Shown here in pieces: positions 20,928-34,124 of a stretch of 64,000 nucleotides of DNA. The stretch is taken from the NCBI GenBank assembly GCA_963729625.1, contig CAVSOU010000011.1, positions 128,001 to 192,000 of the forward strand, read 5' to 3'. Origin of the DNA: an uncultured bacterium. GTDB lineage: Bacteria; Chloroflexota; UBA5177; JANWHV01. The translations under genes were made by a program, and so were the position numbers. Numbering within the stretch: position 1 is the first letter of the stretch; each line of letters starts with the position of its first letter. The notes beneath the pieces are model-generated. The model had not been told where the DNA came from. It saw only the letters and a program-made list of their open reading frames with translations, and searched no databases.

Positions 20928-21356
20928 GTGGCTACCGCGGTTGAGCAGCTTGGACTTCTACGACGCATTCCCCTTTCGAGCATTGTCATTGCCAGCACCG
21001 ACGCGGCCGGCGTTCCGACGGGGTTGACGGGCGCCGCCGGCTCGCGATCGGGCACAGGCCTCGCCGACCGCATAGCCGCTCAACGACGGACGTCGCTGCC
21101 GCCGGCGGGGAAGGCTGCGATCCGGGTCATGCAGTCCGCCGCGGTCGAGGTCGCCGTGAGGAACGAGGGCGCTCTGATCTGGGATCTGCGATCGTGCCCG
21201 GCAAGCAGCTACCTCACGGTCGAGGCCGGCACTTACGATATCGAAGTGCGAACGACCGGTTCAACGGCTGACCCCCTTCATCTTCCCGGGATCACGCTGC
21301 GAGCCGGGAAGATCTACACGGTCTACGGATATGGCGACCGCTCACTGCAAGGCTAG
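20928..21356 (+). CDS. DUF4397-like domain protein (possibly truncated)
   Basis: SSYLTVEAGTYDIEVRTTG...LRAGKIYTVYGYG; N-terminus unclear. Confidence 0.45.
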   Translation: MATAVEQLGLLRRIPLSSIVIASTDAAGVPTGLTGAAGSRSGTGLADRIAAQRRTSLPPAGKAAIRVMQSAAVEVAVRNEGALIWDLRSCPASSYLTVEAGTYDIEVRTTGSTADPLHLPGITLRAGKIYTVYGYGDRSLQG

Positions 21357-21424
21357 GCGTATTTCATGGAGGTCGGAGGCCGCCCCATCAATACCGCACA
21401 CCCAGCGTGGAAGCATTCAGGCCG

Positions 21425-22657
21425 TCACGTCACCGCGACCGGCTGCACCGCGGGCAGACCGGCGTTGGGCACGAGGACCGTTACCCGACCGGAACCGTCC
21501 ACCTGTTCAATATTCACGTGAGGCTGGTTGAGTCTTCGCGATGTCGCATCGAGCGAATCGGCCGGCTTCAGCAGAGTCGTTAACCGAGAGTCGTTTCCGA
21601 CCACGCTGAATATCACCACCCTGCTGCCGGGCACCTGGCTGAATCCGCCGAGGTAGTAGGCGCTGAGCTGCACAACCACGCTGCGCCCCGAGCCATCGGA
21701 GGTCGCGCGGCAGATGCTCGCAAGATACCTGGTCGACGTCAGCGTGGCAGTGCCATGACCGATCTCTACTGTCGTCTGCACGGTCCGCTGCTCGAAGTAG
21801 AGGGATTTGCCGTCCGTGGACCAGCTTGGCGCCTCTCCCGGACCGACACTCGCCAGGATGGCGCCCGTGCGTGCGCGTAGAAGTTGGACGGACGGCACGC
21901 TACCTGCGCCGGCGGACTGGCCGACGAGGGCCAGCACACCAGTGCGCGAAAGCGCCGGGCTGCGCCACGACCGCGCGGCGCCGAATACCGACGTCTTTCC
22001 CGTGGGCAAGTTGATCACTTGCAGGCCGGGTGCGCACGGCGAAGCATAGACGGCAATGCCGGAGCGAGCGCTCCAGCGCAGCGATCGCTCGGGGTTGGAT
22101 TCGCGCAGGTAGAGACTACCGGCCGGGTCGGAGACGCCTTCGCCAATACCGCAGAACTGGGCGTTCGTCGACCGCCACAGGTGGCTCGTGCGTCCCTGCA
22201 TATCCACTGCAGTGACGTCGAAATAGGCGCGGCCGTGGTCGTATCCCGAATCCGAAATGTAGGCAACCTGGTCCGTATCGACGGCCCAACCCGGGTAGAA
22301 ATCCCCGCTGCCGCCGACAAGCGTGTGCAGGACTGTACCGGAGCGATCGAGGACGAGCAGATTCTGGGGCGCCGTCGCACCCGGGCCGTTGTTGCGACGG
22401 AGCAGCGCAAGGTATTTGCCGTCGGGCGACCATGCATACCACGGGTACGAGGCGCCGGAGCCGTTGTCGCGACCCTTGGTAGTCACGACGGTACGATGCC
22501 GCGTCGCAAGGTTGATGAGGAACACGTTGCTGTTCTGCGTGAAGGCCACGAGAACGGGCGACACTGGCGTGGCCGTCTTCGCCTCGACGTGCCAGGGAAC
22601 GATGCAGATAGCCGTGATCAGGGCGCACAGACCGCGAAGACGCATCACCCGCATCAC
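21425..22657 (-). CDS. Secreted TolB/PD40-like beta-propeller protein
   Basis: Signal peptide; WSPDGKYLA, PSWSTDGKSLYF repeats. Confidence 0.75.
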   Translation of the reverse strand: MMRVMRLRGLCALITAICIVPWHVEAKTATPVSPVLVAFTQNSNVFLINLATRHRTVVTTKGRDNGSGASYPWYAWSPDGKYLALLRRNNGPGATAPQNLLVLDRSGTVLHTLVGGSGDFYPGWAVDTDQVAYISDSGYDHGRAYFDVTAVDMQGRTSHLWRSTNAQFCGIGEGVSDPAGSLYLRESNPERSLRWSARSGIAVYASPCAPGLQVINLPTGKTSVFGAARSWRSPALSRTGVLALVGQSAGAGSVPSVQLLRARTGAILASVGPGEAPSWSTDGKSLYFEQRTVQTTVEIGHGTATLTSTRYLASICRATSDGSGRSVVVQLSAYYLGGFSQVPGSRVVIFSVVGNDSRLTTLLKPADSLDATSRRLNQPHVNIEQVDGSGRVTVLVPNAGLPAVQPVAVT

Positions 22658-23199
22658 CCCAACGGTACCCTGCTCGCTATTCCTGCACCCTTTGCTTCAG
22701 AGTGTACGACCTTTTCTGCCGGACGCCGGCCCGGCAGAGCGTCGGAGATGCCGCCTCAGTCGCCGCCATCGCGATCGGCATCGTCGGCACAGAGATCGCG
22801 CAAGCCGGTCTCGTCCAGGAAGCCGTCTGCGCCGCCGGAGACCCCGATGCGTGACCTTGCCGGCCCGACCTCGCACACTGCAGCGTGGATTTCGGCTATT
22901 ATTACGAGAACCACCTCGCTACCGAGTTACCATTGATTGATGATGTCCGGACGGAACGCGAGTCCGGCAGCCTCGTTGGTTCAACCGCCGGCATCAGGTC
23001 CACCGCATTCCCACTCAGGTGGCGGTATACGGTATATTCTGGATCTGACCGCAAGATCATGATATCGCCGACGCTCGGTATCTTCAGAGAGCGCGGCCTC
23101 GGCTCCGCCACAACGATCGTGGCACCCTCCGCGGCAAGGTCGCCGGCATTGGGATACAGGCCGGATCACTCCTCGTAGCAGAGAGAACAGAAGGAACAC

Positions 23200-26100
23200 A
23201 TGCACAGATCCCATCCGACTGCCGACCTTCCTCCGGCGCAGGGCCTGTACGATCCACGGAATGAGCATGACGGCTGTGGCATAGGCTTTGTCGCCAGCAT
23301 TCGTGGAGAGAAGAGCCACGACATTATTCTCAGAGGCATTGAGGTCCTGATCAACCTGACTCATCGCGGCGCCAGTGGCGGCGACCCGGAGACGGGTGAT
23401 GGGGCGGGCGTACTGATCCAGATTCCGCACCAGTTCTTTGCGCGCGAGTGCGCCGCCCTTGGCTTTGAGCTGCCCGCGCCCGGAGCGTACGCCGTGGGCA
23501 TGGTATTCCTTCCTGTCGACATGCAAGGCCGCCTGCGTTGCGCGGGAATACTCGAGCGCATCATGAGCGATGAGGGCCTCAGCGTCCTGGGCTGGCGCGA
23601 CACCCCGGTCAATGGCAATGCGATTGGTCGCGTGGCGCGCGCCGAACAACCGTACATCGAGCAGATCTTCGTCGCGCGACCGGACGAGGGTATGGACGAG
23701 GATGCGTTCGAGCGTAGGCTCTACGTCGCTCGCAGGCGCGCCGAGAGGGAGATCGCGGCGTCCGATATCGAAGATAAAGGCATGTTCTACGTGCCCTCGC
23801 TGTCCTCGCGCACGATCATCTATAAGGGACTGCTGCTGGCGCCGCAAATCGCCAGGTTCTACGTCGAGCTTTCCGATCCCGAGGTAGTCAGCGCGCTGTG
23901 CCTGGTGCATCAGCGATTCTCGACCAACACGTTCCCAAGCTGGTCGCTTGCCCATCCGTATCGCTACATCGCGCACAACGGCGAAATCAATACGGTGCGC
24001 GGAAACGTGAACTGGATGCGCGCCCGGCAATCCGTGCTCGCCTCGCCGTTGTTCGGCCAGGACATCGAGAAGCTGTTCCCGATCATCACGCCGGGCGGCA
24101 GCGATTCATGCGCCTTCGATAACGCGGTCGAATTGCTCTTCCTGACGGGTCGAAGTCTTCCACACGTGATGGCCATGCTCATCCCGGAGGCCTGGTCGGG
24201 CAATCCGCACATGAGACCGGAGAAGAAGGCCTTCTACGAGTATCATGCCTCATTGATGGAGCCGTGGGACGGCCCCGCGTCGATAGCGTTCACCGACGGG
24301 CGCGTCATCGGCGCCACGCTGGACCGCAACGGGCTTCGACCAGGTCGCTACCTGATCACGCACGACGACATCGTGGTGCTCGCCTCGGAGACCGGGGTCT
24401 TCGACGTGCCGCCGGAGGAAGTGAAGCTCAAGGGCCGCCTGCAGCCGGGGAAGATGTTCCTGGTAGATACCGTGGCGGGACGAGTCGTCTCGGACCGTGA
24501 GCTCAAGAAGACACTGGCGGAGCGGCAGCCGTATGCAGCGTGGCTCGAGCAGCACCAGATAACGCTAGACGAGCTGGCCGAGCCCACGCGGGTGCATGGG
24601 CCAGACTACTTCACGCTGCTCAGCAGACAGCGGGCCTTTGGTTATACGGAGGAAGATCTGAAGGTGATCCTGGCGCCCATGGCCGAGAAAGGCGAAGAGC
24701 CTGTCGGTTCTATGGGCGCGGATACGCCGCTCGCCTGCCTCTCGGATCGGCCGCAGATGCTGTTCCACTACTTCAAGCAGCTCTTCGCGCAAGTGACAAA
24801 TCCGCCTATCGACGCGTTCCGAGAAGAGATGGTGATGTCGCTGATCAGCTACATCGGCACCGAGCGGAACATTCTCGAAGAGACACCACTCAACTGCCAC
24901 ACGCTCAAGCTGCCGCAGCCCATACTCACCAATCGCGAGCTCGAGAAGCTGCGGCGCGTGTCCAGCGGCGACCTCCTGGCCACTACCTTGCCGGCGCTCT
25001 TCCGCGCCGGCGATGGCGAAGAAGGACTCAAGCGTGGGCTGGACGAGCTATGCCAGCGCGCGTCACACGCGTTGCAGTCCGGCTACACATTGCTGATCCT
25101 CTCCGACCGCGGCGTGGATGTGCATTACGCGCCGATTCCCAGCCTCCTGGCGCTCGCCGCGGTGCACAACATGCTCGTGCGCCAGGGTACGCGCACCCAG
25201 GTCGCGCTCATCATCGAGTCCGGCGAGCCGCGCGAAGTGATGCACTTTGCTCTGCTGATTGGCTATGGCGCCAGCGCCGTCAATCCATATCTCGCTTTGG
25301 AGACTGTTGCGCATCAGGCTCGGCGAGGGTACTACTCGCCAACTATCACGCCCGAGATGGCGGTCAAGAATTTCATCAAGGCCATCGACAAGGGCCTGTT
25401 GAAGACGTTCTCCAAGATGGGTATCTCCACGCTGCAGAGCTATCGAGGCGCTCAGGTGTTCGAAGCCATCGGACTGAATAAGGATCTCATAGAAGCGTAC
25501 TTCACCGGCACGGTCTCGCGCATCGAGGGCGTCGACCTCGGGGTGCTCGCGCGCGAGGCGCAGATGAAGCACGAGTACGCGTTCAAGCCCCCAACGGACT
25601 CGGAGACCTCCCTATCCGTCGGAGGTACGTACAGCTACAGGGTCGGCGGGGAATTCCATCTCTTGAATCCGCTGACGATCAGCACGCTGCAGCATGCAGT
25701 GCAACAGTCGAGCCCCACCACGTTCAAGGAATACACCGAGCTGATCGACGGCGAGAACCGCAGCCTCTGCACGCTGCGCGGACTCATACGCATCAAGAAG
25801 GCAAAGAAGCCGATTCCGATCGAGGACGTCGAGCCGGCCAAGGAGATTGTGAAGCGCTTCACCACCGGCGCCATGTCCTTCGGGTCGATCAGCAAAGAGG
25901 CGCACGAGACACTGGCCGTAGCCATGAATCGCATCGGCGGAATGTCTAACACCGGCGAAGGCGGTGAGGACGAGGGGCGTTTCACGCGCGATGCGGATGG
26001 CGATTTGCGCCGTAGCGCCGTCAAGCAGGTGGCTTCCGGTCGCTTTGGCGTGACGACCAACTACCTGGTCAATGCGGACGAGTTGCAGATCAAAATGGCG

Positions 26101-27795
26101 CAGGGTGCAAAGCCGGGCGAAGGCGGGCAGCTCCCCGGCCACAAGGTCGACGAGGTGATCGCGCGCCTGCGGCACTCTATACCTGGCGTCGGACTGATCT
26201 CGCCCCCGCCTCACCACGACATTTACTCGATCGAAGACCTCGCGCAGTTGATCTACGACCTGAAGAACGTGAATCCGAAGGCGCGCATCGCCGTGAAGCT
26301 CGTGGCTGAAGTGGGAGTCGGCACCGTCGCCGCGGGCGTCGCCAAGGCGCACGCGGACGTCGTGCTGATCAGTGGCGATAGCGGCGGAACCGGCGCCTCT
26401 CCAATCAGCTCGATCGTGCATGCCGGTATTCCTTGGGAGCTCGGCCTGGCCGAGACCCAGCAGGTGCTGCTCCTGAACGACCTGCGGAGCCGTATTCGCG
26501 TGCAAACCGACGGGAAGCTGCAGACCGGGCGCGACGTGACTATCGCCGCGCTGCTCGGCGCGGAGGAGTTTGGTTTCGCCACCATGCCGCTCATCTCCAT
26601 GGGTTGCATCATGATCCGGAAATGCCACCTCAATACCTGCCCCGTGGGCATCGCCACGCAGGATCCTGAGCTTCGCAAGCAATTCAAAGGCCAGCCGGAG
26701 CACGTGATCAACTTCTTCTTCTACATTGCCGAGCAGGTCCGCGAGTACATGGCGCAGATGGGCTTCCGAACGGTGGACCAGATGGTCGGCCGGGTGGATA
26801 TGCTGGACGTGCAGGAGGCGGTCGAGCACTGGAAGGCCACCGGGCTCGACCTCTCGGCAATCCTCTACAATCCGCCCCTGCCGTCGCACGTGGCGCGCAG
26901 GCGCACCCAGCCGCAGGATCACGGGCTGGACCAGGCTTTGGATCGCCAGCTGATGGTCTACGCGCGTCAGGCGATTGAATCGAAGCGGCCCATGCAGGCC
27001 ACGCTGCCCATCCGCAACGTGCACCGCACCGTCGGCGCCATGCTGGGCGGCGAGATCGCGCGGCGCTACGGTTCGGAGGGGTTGCCGGACGACACGATTC
27101 GTTTCCATTTCATTGGATCCGCCGGGCAGAGCTTTGGCGCCTTTGTGCCCAAGGGCATCACGCTCAGTCTCGAAGGCGATGCCAACGACTACCTCGGCAA
27201 GGGCCTTTCCGGCGGACGGTTGATCGTCTATCCGCCAAGAAATTCCGGATTCCGGCCTGATGAAAGCGTGCTGGTCGGCAACGTGGTGCTGTACGGCGCC
27301 ACGAGCGGCGAGGTGTTCCTCAACGGCATCGCAGGCGAGCGATTCGCGGTACGTAACTCAGGCGTCACGGCGGTGGTCGAAGGGGTCGGCGACCATGGCT
27401 GCGAGTACATGACCAATGGGCGAGTCGTGGTGCTCGGGCATTGCGGGCGCAATTTCGCAGCCGGCATGAGCGGAGGCATTGCGTACGTATTTGACGAGAG
27501 CGGGGACTTCGCCGAAAAGCGCTGCAACCGGGCGTCGGTCGACCTTGAGCCGCTCGACGACGAAGAGGACATCAGCTTGGTGCACGGCCTGATCACCAAG
27601 CACCTGGAGCTGACCGCGAGCCCACGGGCCCGGTGGCTTCTGGACAGCTGGGCGGATATGCTGCCCAGGTTTATCAAGGTATTCCCACACGAATACAAGC
27701 GCGTGCTCCGCGACATGCGCGAGATGGAGTCATTCGTCCCGCCGGCGCAGGTTCCCGTGGCCGCGGAAGTCGGACAGGTGGTGCGGCATGGGTAA
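23200..27795 (+). CDS. gltB: Glutamate synthase large subunit
   Basis: [10 protein letters not shown]-terminal Cys, [54 protein letters not shown] domain. Confidence 0.98.
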   Translation: MHRSHPTADLPPAQGLYDPRNEHDGCGIGFVASIRGEKSHDIILRGIEVLINLTHRGASGGDPETGDGAGVLIQIPHQFFARECAALGFELPAPGAYAVGMVFLPVDMQGRLRCAGILERIMSDEGLSVLGWRDTPVNGNAIGRVARAEQPYIEQIFVARPDEGMDEDAFERRLYVARRRAEREIAASDIEDKGMFYVPSLSSRTIIYKGLLLAPQIARFYVELSDPEVVSALCLVHQRFSTNTFPSWSLAHPYRYIAHNGEINTVRGNVNWMRARQSVLASPLFGQDIEKLFPIITPGGSDSCAFDNAVELLFLTGRSLPHVMAMLIPEAWSGNPHMRPEKKAFYEYHASLMEPWDGPASIAFTDGRVIGATLDRNGLRPGRYLITHDDIVVLASETGVFDVPPEEVKLKGRLQPGKMFLVDTVAGRVVSDRELKKTLAERQPYAAWLEQHQITLDELAEPTRVHGPDYFTLLSRQRAFGYTEEDLKVILAPMAEKGEEPVGSMGADTPLACLSDRPQMLFHYFKQLFAQVTNPPIDAFREEMVMSLISYIGTERNILEETPLNCHTLKLPQPILTNRELEKLRRVSSGDLLATTLPALFRAGDGEEGLKRGLDELCQRASHALQSGYTLLILSDRGVDVHYAPIPSLLALAAVHNMLVRQGTRTQVALIIESGEPREVMHFALLIGYGASAVNPYLALETVAHQARRGYYSPTITPEMAVKNFIKAIDKGLLKTFSKMGISTLQSYRGAQVFEAIGLNKDLIEAYFTGTVSRIEGVDLGVLAREAQMKHEYAFKPPTDSETSLSVGGTYSYRVGGEFHLLNPLTISTLQHAVQQSSPTTFKEYTELIDGENRSLCTLRGLIRIKKAKKPIPIEDVEPAKEIVKRFTTGAMSFGSISKEAHETLAVAMNRIGGMSNTGEGGEDEGRFTRDADGDLRRSAVKQVASGRFGVTTNYLVNADELQIKMAQGAKPGEGGQLPGHKVDEVIARLRHSIPGVGLISPPPHHDIYSIEDLAQLIYDLKNVNPKARIAVKLVAEVGVGTVAAGVAKAHADVVLISGDSGGTGASPISSIVHAGIPWELGLAETQQVLLLNDLRSRIRVQTDGKLQTGRDVTIAALLGAEEFGFATMPLISMGCIMIRKCHLNTCPVGIATQDPELRKQFKGQPEHVINFFFYIAEQVREYMAQMGFRTVDQMVGRVDMLDVQEAVEHWKATGLDLSAILYNPPLPSHVARRRTQPQDHGLDQALDRQLMVYARQAIESKRPMQATLPIRNVHRTVGAMLGGEIARRYGSEGLPDDTIRFHFIGSAGQSFGAFVPKGITLSLEGDANDYLGKGLSGGRLIVYPPRNSGFRPDESVLVGNVVLYGATSGEVFLNGIAGERFAVRNSGVTAVVEGVGDHGCEYMTNGRVVVLGHCGRNFAAGMSGGIAYVFDESGDFAEKRCNRASVDLEPLDDEEDISLVHGLITKHLELTASPRARWLLDSWADMLPRFIKVFPHEYKRVLRDMREMESFVPPAQVPVAAEVGQVVRHG

Positions 27796-29233
27796 GGTCA
27801 CCGGATTCATGGAGTACGAGCGCGAGCTGCCCGAGCGCCGGCCGGTAGCGGAGCGCGTCGAGGACTACCGCGAGCTCTACCAGGACTTCTCAGCCGAGAG
27901 CACCCAGAGACAGGCTGCGCGGTGCATGGACTGCGGCGTACCGTTCTGCCATACCGGTTGTCCGGTGAACAACATCATCCCGGATTGGAACGACCTGGTC
28001 TATCGCGGTCACTGGCGCGAGGCGGTGCGCAGGCTGCATGCGACGAACAACTTTCCGGAGTTTACGGGACGCATCTGCCCTGCGCCTTGCGAGGCTGCTT
28101 GCGTGCTTGCCATCAACAAGCCGGCGGTGGCGATCAAAGTCGTCGAGAAGAGCGTCGTCGAGCGAGGTTTTGCCGAGGGCTGGATAGAGCCTGAGCTGCC
28201 GTCGGAGAGAACCAGGAAGAAGGTGTCCATCGTCGGTTCGGGCCCCGCCGGGCTCGCGGCGGCGCAGCAGCTCTGCCGTGCCGGCCATCTCGTCACCGTG
28301 TACGAGAAAGCCGACCGTATCGGCGGACTCTTGCGCTACGGTATCCCGGACTTCAAGCTGGAGAAGTCGGTGCTGGATCGACGGCTGCTCCAGATGCAGG
28401 AGGAGGGCGTGGAGTTCGTCACCGGCGCGCACGTGGGCCACAATCTCTCCGTTGCCGACCTGCGCCGAAAATCCAACGCCATTTTGCTGGCCGGCGGCGC
28501 CGAACAGCCGCGCGATCTGCCGTTGACGGGTCGCGATCTCAAGGGAATCCACTTCGCCATGGAGTTCTTGCCGCAGCAAAATCGGCGCGGCTCTGGCGAC
28601 TCTATGGACGGCGTCGAGGAGATCCTCGCCACTGGCAAGCACGTGGTGATTATCGGCGGCGGCGACACGGGCGCCGACTGCCTTGGCACCTGCCACCGCC
28701 AGAAAGCGAAGTCCGTGCAGCAGCTGGAGATCATGCCCCAGCCTCCGCTCGAACGTGCGCCGCAAACGCCCTGGCCGCTGTGGCCGCTGCAGCTGCGCAC
28801 AGAAGGCGCGCACGAAGAGGGTGGTGTTCGCAGCTGGGCCGTAACTGCCACCAGGTTTACCGGCGACGAGTACGGAAACGTCAGTCAGCTTCACGCCGTG
28901 CGCGTCGGGCCGCCGCCGAAGTTCGAGCCGATCGAGGGCAGCGAGTTCGTCATGGACGCCGACCTGGTGCTGCTCGCCATGGGCTTCCTCGGCCCGGTAC
29001 GCACGGGCCTGGTCGAGCAGCTTGGCGTCACGCTGGACGCGCGTGGCAACGTGGCCACGAACAAAGACTACATGACCTCGGTCGAGGCAGTATTTGCTGC
29101 CGGCGACCTCCGTCGCGGCCAATCCCTGGTCGTGTGGGCTATTTCCGAGGGCAGGCAGGCAGCGGCGGCCATCGATCGCTATCTCGGCGCCTCCGTCGAC
29201 GGCCGGTCGCCGGTCGCGGTTTCCGCGCGGTAA
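27788..29233 (+). CDS. gltD: Glutamate synthase small subunit
   Basis: [52 protein letters not shown]. Confidence 0.98.
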   Translation: MGKVTGFMEYERELPERRPVAERVEDYRELYQDFSAESTQRQAARCMDCGVPFCHTGCPVNNIIPDWNDLVYRGHWREAVRRLHATNNFPEFTGRICPAPCEAACVLAINKPAVAIKVVEKSVVERGFAEGWIEPELPSERTRKKVSIVGSGPAGLAAAQQLCRAGHLVTVYEKADRIGGLLRYGIPDFKLEKSVLDRRLLQMQEEGVEFVTGAHVGHNLSVADLRRKSNAILLAGGAEQPRDLPLTGRDLKGIHFAMEFLPQQNRRGSGDSMDGVEEILATGKHVVIIGGGDTGADCLGTCHRQKAKSVQQLEIMPQPPLERAPQTPWPLWPLQLRTEGAHEEGGVRSWAVTATRFTGDEYGNVSQLHAVRVGPPPKFEPIEGSEFVMDADLVLLAMGFLGPVRTGLVEQLGVTLDARGNVATNKDYMTSVEAVFAAGDLRRGQSLVVWAISEGRQAAAAIDRYLGASVDGRSPVAVSAR

Positions 29234-29559
29234 CGAGTGGCCCGGAAACACAGATGCCGCCGATGGGAGGAGAGGCCACAGACGACGCCCGATATGCACA
29301 CGAGGGTCTTGGCGAACAAACGCAGCCACACGGCCGGCCAGACGCGGTAGAGCTGGGTATCTGCATCGACACAGTGCATAGTGTTCGCCAAGGGCGGTAC
29401 GCGAGGCGGGCGATAGCGAGCAGTAAGGATACTACGCGCCGAGTAGGCGGGCCAGGACTTCCGCGAGGCCGACGTCGCCGGAGTCACCAGGCAGCACGGG
29501 AGGCGCCGAGACCCGTAATACTTCTGGCAAGCTATCGTCTGGCCGAGTACACTGCTGCC

Positions 29560-29705
29560 GTCTTCGCTGAAGAAGCGTAGCTCGCTCCCAGGATAGAGAA
29601 TCCAAACTGAGCGTGCGTTGGGGATAGCGTCGCAGTAGGCATGCATCTTGTACAGGTCCGCGCGTTTGAACATGCCGCGGCGTTCCTCGCCTTCTGTAAT
29701 CATGA
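29560..29705 (-). pseudogene. C-terminal fragment of DUF2357/McrC-like PD-(D/E)XK nuclease
   Basis: FKRADLYKMHAYCDAIPNARSVWILYPG matches the KxxDxxKMHxYRDAI...LYPG motif. Confidence 0.65.
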
Positions 29706-29726
29706 CCGCCGGCCGGGCGACCCGCT

Positions 29727-29857
29727 GCCCCGGACCAGATGGCATGCGATGCCCCGGACCTGGACGCGATCCCGGACGCGGTCGCGATGCGCCGGACCCG
29801 GTCGCGAATGCCCCGGACCCGGTCGCGATGTCGCCGACCCGGTCGCGACGCGCCGGG
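29727..29857. repeat. Degenerate tandem repeat, unit about 19-20 bp (CCGGACCCGGTCGCGATG)
   Basis: About 6 imperfect copies; further copies near 30260 and 30309. Confidence 0.7.
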
Positions 29858-29868
29858 TGAGTGCGTCG

Positions 29869-30824
29869 TTACGCGTCACAACAGGTGAGATGGAGGCCGT
29901 TCTTGGATCGATCTTCCCACACCGTAACAGGTGTTCTCGGGACGGACCTGCACAAGGCACCAGGCCCACAGCGCGCCGACTTGCTCCTACTCGGCAACAA
30001 AGACACAGTCCTTGATGATCGTGGTGTGATGCCCCGGCCGACGACCTGTGTAGCGTTCTGTATCGTGCACCGCTCGATCGTGCCGCCCCCGTCCTGAAGA
30101 ATGTGCACCCACGGCTGCACCGGCGCAGGCGCTACCTGGTGAGCCTTTGCAGGTCCCTCCGACGCTTTCATGCTGCAACGCTGGATGAGAGGCTCCGCGC
30201 CGCTGCCAATGAGCAGATGCGCTCCGTGGCTGTTCTTGAGTGTACAATCTGTGATCACTCCCGGACCCGGTCGCGATGCCCCGGCAAGGAGTCGTCGAGG
30301 CTGATGTCCGCGGACCCGGTCGCGAATTGATACCGGTGTGTGTGTCTGAATCGTGCTCTCTTCAAGGGTGCCGTGGGCGTCGTCGTCAAAGACCACACCC
30401 AAACTGCCCGGGGCGCAACCGCGATCCCCGAACCTGGACGGATGCCCGGGGCGAGAACCACGTACAGATGCCCCGGAAGCTCTGCACATCACAGTTCTCA
30501 AGATGCAGCGTGCCGCTTACATGCTCGATCGTTCGGCACCGATGTGTGATCCTGTGGAGGTCCCCAACAGGGTGAGATTGCGAATCGACACATCCTCAGC
30601 CCGCGGGAGCCTCATTGATCGCCATCCGCCTGGATGATCACATCCTCCCTCTCGTTGCCGCCGAGAATCTCTACGCTCTTCGCCAGCGTAAGGTGCTCCC
30701 GGTAGAAGCCAGCTCTGATTTCGATCTGGTCCCCGGGTTGTGCCTCGCGGAGGGCTTCAGCAACCGTGGGGAAGAAGCCACACTCTCTGCTGGATACGAT
30801 GAGCGTACGCGTGCCGGCGCTCAT
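29869..30824 (-). pseudogene. Right-handed parallel beta-helix protein, frameshifted
   Basis: FPTVAEALREAQPGDQIEIRAGFYREHL...; beta-helix strands (ITDCTL, IQRCSM, IERCTI) spread across several frames. Confidence 0.65.
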
Positions 30825-30886
30825 ACGTCGTGGCTCGATCGCCTTGTCGCGCGCAAGTAGTCCAGGAGTGAGTAGTCGCGAAGCCT

Positions 30887-31633
30887 TTAGGTCCGCTTTT
30901 CGCGCCTTTTCGCAATCGGCCGCCGAGTCGCAGTCTGGAGCCTACGAGTAGGTATTGAGTGCTGCTGCTGTAGGAACGACCAAAGTTTCAGCGTGCAGCC
31001 GTACTTCCGGCAATCGAAGTACACCCATCTGGACTCGTCAACGATCTTGCCGTTCCCACCCTTATTACTGTTCTGCTTCTCGGCGGTCCTGGGCTTGCCA
31101 TTCTTGTCCATCTTTACCAGATTGAGATAGATGCGATAGCCTTCAGGCCACTCGAAGCCGGGCTGCAGAGCAGGGCGAATGTCTTCGCGCGGATCATCTG
31201 GATCCCACTGATCAACGAGAGGTGGGGCTCTATGCACAGCCGCGTTGCGCAGGCATCGCACATCGTCCATCTGCTGAATCGTCCGCGGCTCGTACGCTTT
31301 CAGTTGACCGAACGCGTCAATCAAGTCTCTAAAGCACACATCCAGGAGGCCATGGTTGCCGGCATTTTCGACAATAGCCCTCCAGTTCACTGGGCAATTC
31401 GCATCCGGCAGAAAGTAGAGCGCTCGATCACAGAGCGCACGCATCAGGGCTTCACCGGAGGCAATAGCGGACGCGGTCGGGCAGCCGCTCTCCAGAGCGC
31501 GCTTGGCCTCGAGGAGAAGCTTCAAACATTCTTCGCGATACTCATTCCAGTAGGGATACGCTTGCAGGAGGAATCTGAAGGGGACGTTAGGATCAAAGTT
31601 CAGCTCCGGGCGCGCTTCTGGTTTTGTGCTCAC
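30887..31633 (-). CDS. HEPN/DUF4145-like protein
   Basis: ALESGCPTASAIASGEALMRAL helix and LRNAAVH (R-x4-H) motif; C-terminus may be frameshifted. Confidence 0.55.
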   Translation of the reverse strand: MSTKPEARPELNFDPNVPFRFLLQAYPYWNEYREECLKLLLEAKRALESGCPTASAIASGEALMRALCDRALYFLPDANCPVNWRAIVENAGNHGLLDVCFRDLIDAFGQLKAYEPRTIQQMDDVRCLRNAAVHRAPPLVDQWDPDDPREDIRPALQPGFEWPEGYRIYLNLVKMDKNGKPRTAEKQNSNKGGNGKIVDESRWVYFDCRKYGCTLKLWSFLQQQHSIPTRRLQTATRRPIAKRREKRT

Positions 31634-31729
31634 TCTCTCCGCTCCATTGCCGCAACACGCGTCAATCGCACATTACCGTTCGACCGAGCGCTAGGGCCCT
31701 ATACGAGTTGCCTGCGGTCAGCCACGTTC

Positions 31730-34110
31730 TCAATCAGCTTCTTGCCCCTCAGGCGACAGCGGCCGCTCGTTGCCATTGCTGCTCGTGGTCGCGGGAGACA
31801 CGGGCTTGGTGGTCGCAAAGATCGCGGTGGGTGCCGAGCGAGGTGTCACGATTACCGGCCACCAGAAAGGAAGGCCGCGCCATCCCCGTGCTTCCTCGCC
31901 ATTCTGGCGAAGGAGCATGAGGACCGGGACATCCATCGCTTTCGACTGGGCGAGATCCTTTTGTTGCTTGGTGTCTGGCGCGTTAGAGAACCTGCCCTCC
32001 TCGCGGTATCGGGACACGTTACGGTCTTTGGCAGCGATCAGCCAGACCTTACCTTTGAGCTGAAGTTCCGAACTAGTGCGGGACAGATGCTCCAGAGCGG
32101 CCACATGGGCATCCGCTTCGGCACACACCGACTCATCGCACTCCAGGTTGCCGTATGCCATTTTCATGAGTTCAACTGCGACCGCTACGTCAACGAGCAC
32201 TGGTCACCCCCGTCGCCGAACACCTCCGCGATGCGCTATCACGCATCTTAAGGGCCTTAGCGCCGGAGTGCGGCCACGGCTGAAACCCGATAGAACCAGC
32301 CGGCGACCCGGCCTTATGCTCACGACATCGGAGAACAGTATCTTGTTGGGAGAACAAGGAATCAACCTGTTTGAGGCGTCCTTCTGGATGAAGTACACTC
32401 CGCCATCGGTACCCCTGGCCTCGAACGCCTCCCGCAGCGCCGCATCGAATGCGTGAATCCTCTGCATGATCAGGTAGACCTGTAGAGGCGCATAGAACCT
32501 CGTCACCGCGATGTCGGCAGACGAGCGCGCCCCGTACATCCTTGAATGCTGTAGCACCGTGTCCTGCTGAAACCGATTCGGATTCCTTCCATAGTAGAAT
32601 CCGATGAGGTTGTTGATGGTGATGCCGCGGTCAAGAATCTGGCCACCTATGAAATGGTGAGGCGGCGTGCGAATCTTACTGACCATCTTCAGCAAGCAGG
32701 TGCTTACGTCCTTTCAGAGTTGACTCTCTGACTGAGCCGGAAACCGTCTCAAGCGATTCCACGTCCTGCATGCTATCCTCTAGCCAGGCGGCAGTATGCC
32801 TTCCAATCGATGGACCGCCGAAGTCGTGTACGCGGCGCGGATCAGGTCGTTGAACCGCGGGCTATCAGCATTGGCCTGATCTACCAGCCCATCCCTAATC
32901 GCGCTTGCGACCCGCTCCTGCCACTGATGTGAATCTCGGCTCTGCTCGGTATGGAAGAGAAAGCTATACTTCTGAGCTCGCTGGCCAGAGGCCCGTTGCT
33001 GCAAGCGGCGTATGGTGCCGCCAACAAGGAAGGTCACAATGGCATCGGTGAGAACCTCTGCATTCTTCGCCGACAACACTCGCTCGATCTGAAAGCGCCG
33101 CCGGTCTTCCTTCTTAAGGGCATCGCGCTCTGCAAGTGGGACCTCGCGATACATATAGAACGCGGGCGCATCGGGGTCGCCACTCTGCTCGAAGTATTCG
33201 TCGCCGCCGATGTACTTGTTGTGCGTTGGTAGGAGTACGGTAAACGCCGGGCGCTTCGGCTTGAAGAGTGAGTCTCCGTTGACAACGGTCTCATCGTCCG
33301 GCTGCAAGTACAGCGCGTAAGGTGTTGCGGTCACCTGCAGGTAGGCTGAGTCCGCCACCGAATCCCGAAGCTGGTCGATCTGCTTTGATATCACCCCTGG
33401 TGTGGCAACACCGTTCTCCTTGCGGAAAGTTACTGAGGCGAGGTCAGCCTCGTCGTCAATGATAAGTACAGCCTTGTCTCGCAGAGCCGGATATTTCGTG
33501 TTGAATAGCTGCAGGAGTCGCCGCAGGTTGTCGTCTTCCTTCTTCACAACGAAGATCAGTTTTCGCGTCAGTTCGTATGGGGTAAGGTCTGGCACGGTCA
33601 GAATGTCGTACACGTCGACCTGGTCCGTGGCAATGAACTCTCTAAAGTCCTCCTTAATGCGACTGAGCGTCTGTTCCGCAAGGGACTTGGTGCCCTTCGT
33701 AAGCAGCGATCGCAACATCGTTTCCTTGGTCAGGAAACGCCCGTGCTGCAAACCCCAGGAAGGCTCGAGTCTTGCCACTCTGAATACTGCCGAGAAGTAT
33801 GCCCGGGCGCATGGTCGATGTGGCCTGCTTCTGCAGCTGCTTTAAGACCTCTTGCACGTGTCCCGCAGCTCTGGCGAATCTCCGCGCTTGCTAGCGAGTT
33901 GGAGGTAGAAGAGTTCCACCTCCGGGGAATCCCCGGCAGGCCGTCGTGCCAGGCACAGCTTGATCTGATTCACGGCAAACACGGCCCGGATTTCAGGTAA
34001 GCCAGCGGGGCAGGAAAGTCAGAAAAGCGCTTGCGCCAGTTGACGACGGCCGAGGAACTCACGCCGGCAAGGTCGGCCACCTCGTAGATTCCGATGAGCG
34101 CTTCGGTCAT
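31730..34110 (-). pseudogene. HTH-fused SF2-helicase-like/Z1-domain protein, multiply frameshifted
   Basis: HTH LIGIYEVADLAGVSSSAVVNWRKRF; GSIQSGKT; IIDDEADLAS; VTATPYA; GGQILDRGITI...DTVLQHSRMYG in successive frames. Confidence 0.82.
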
Positions 34111-34124
34111 TACCCCCTCGATTC

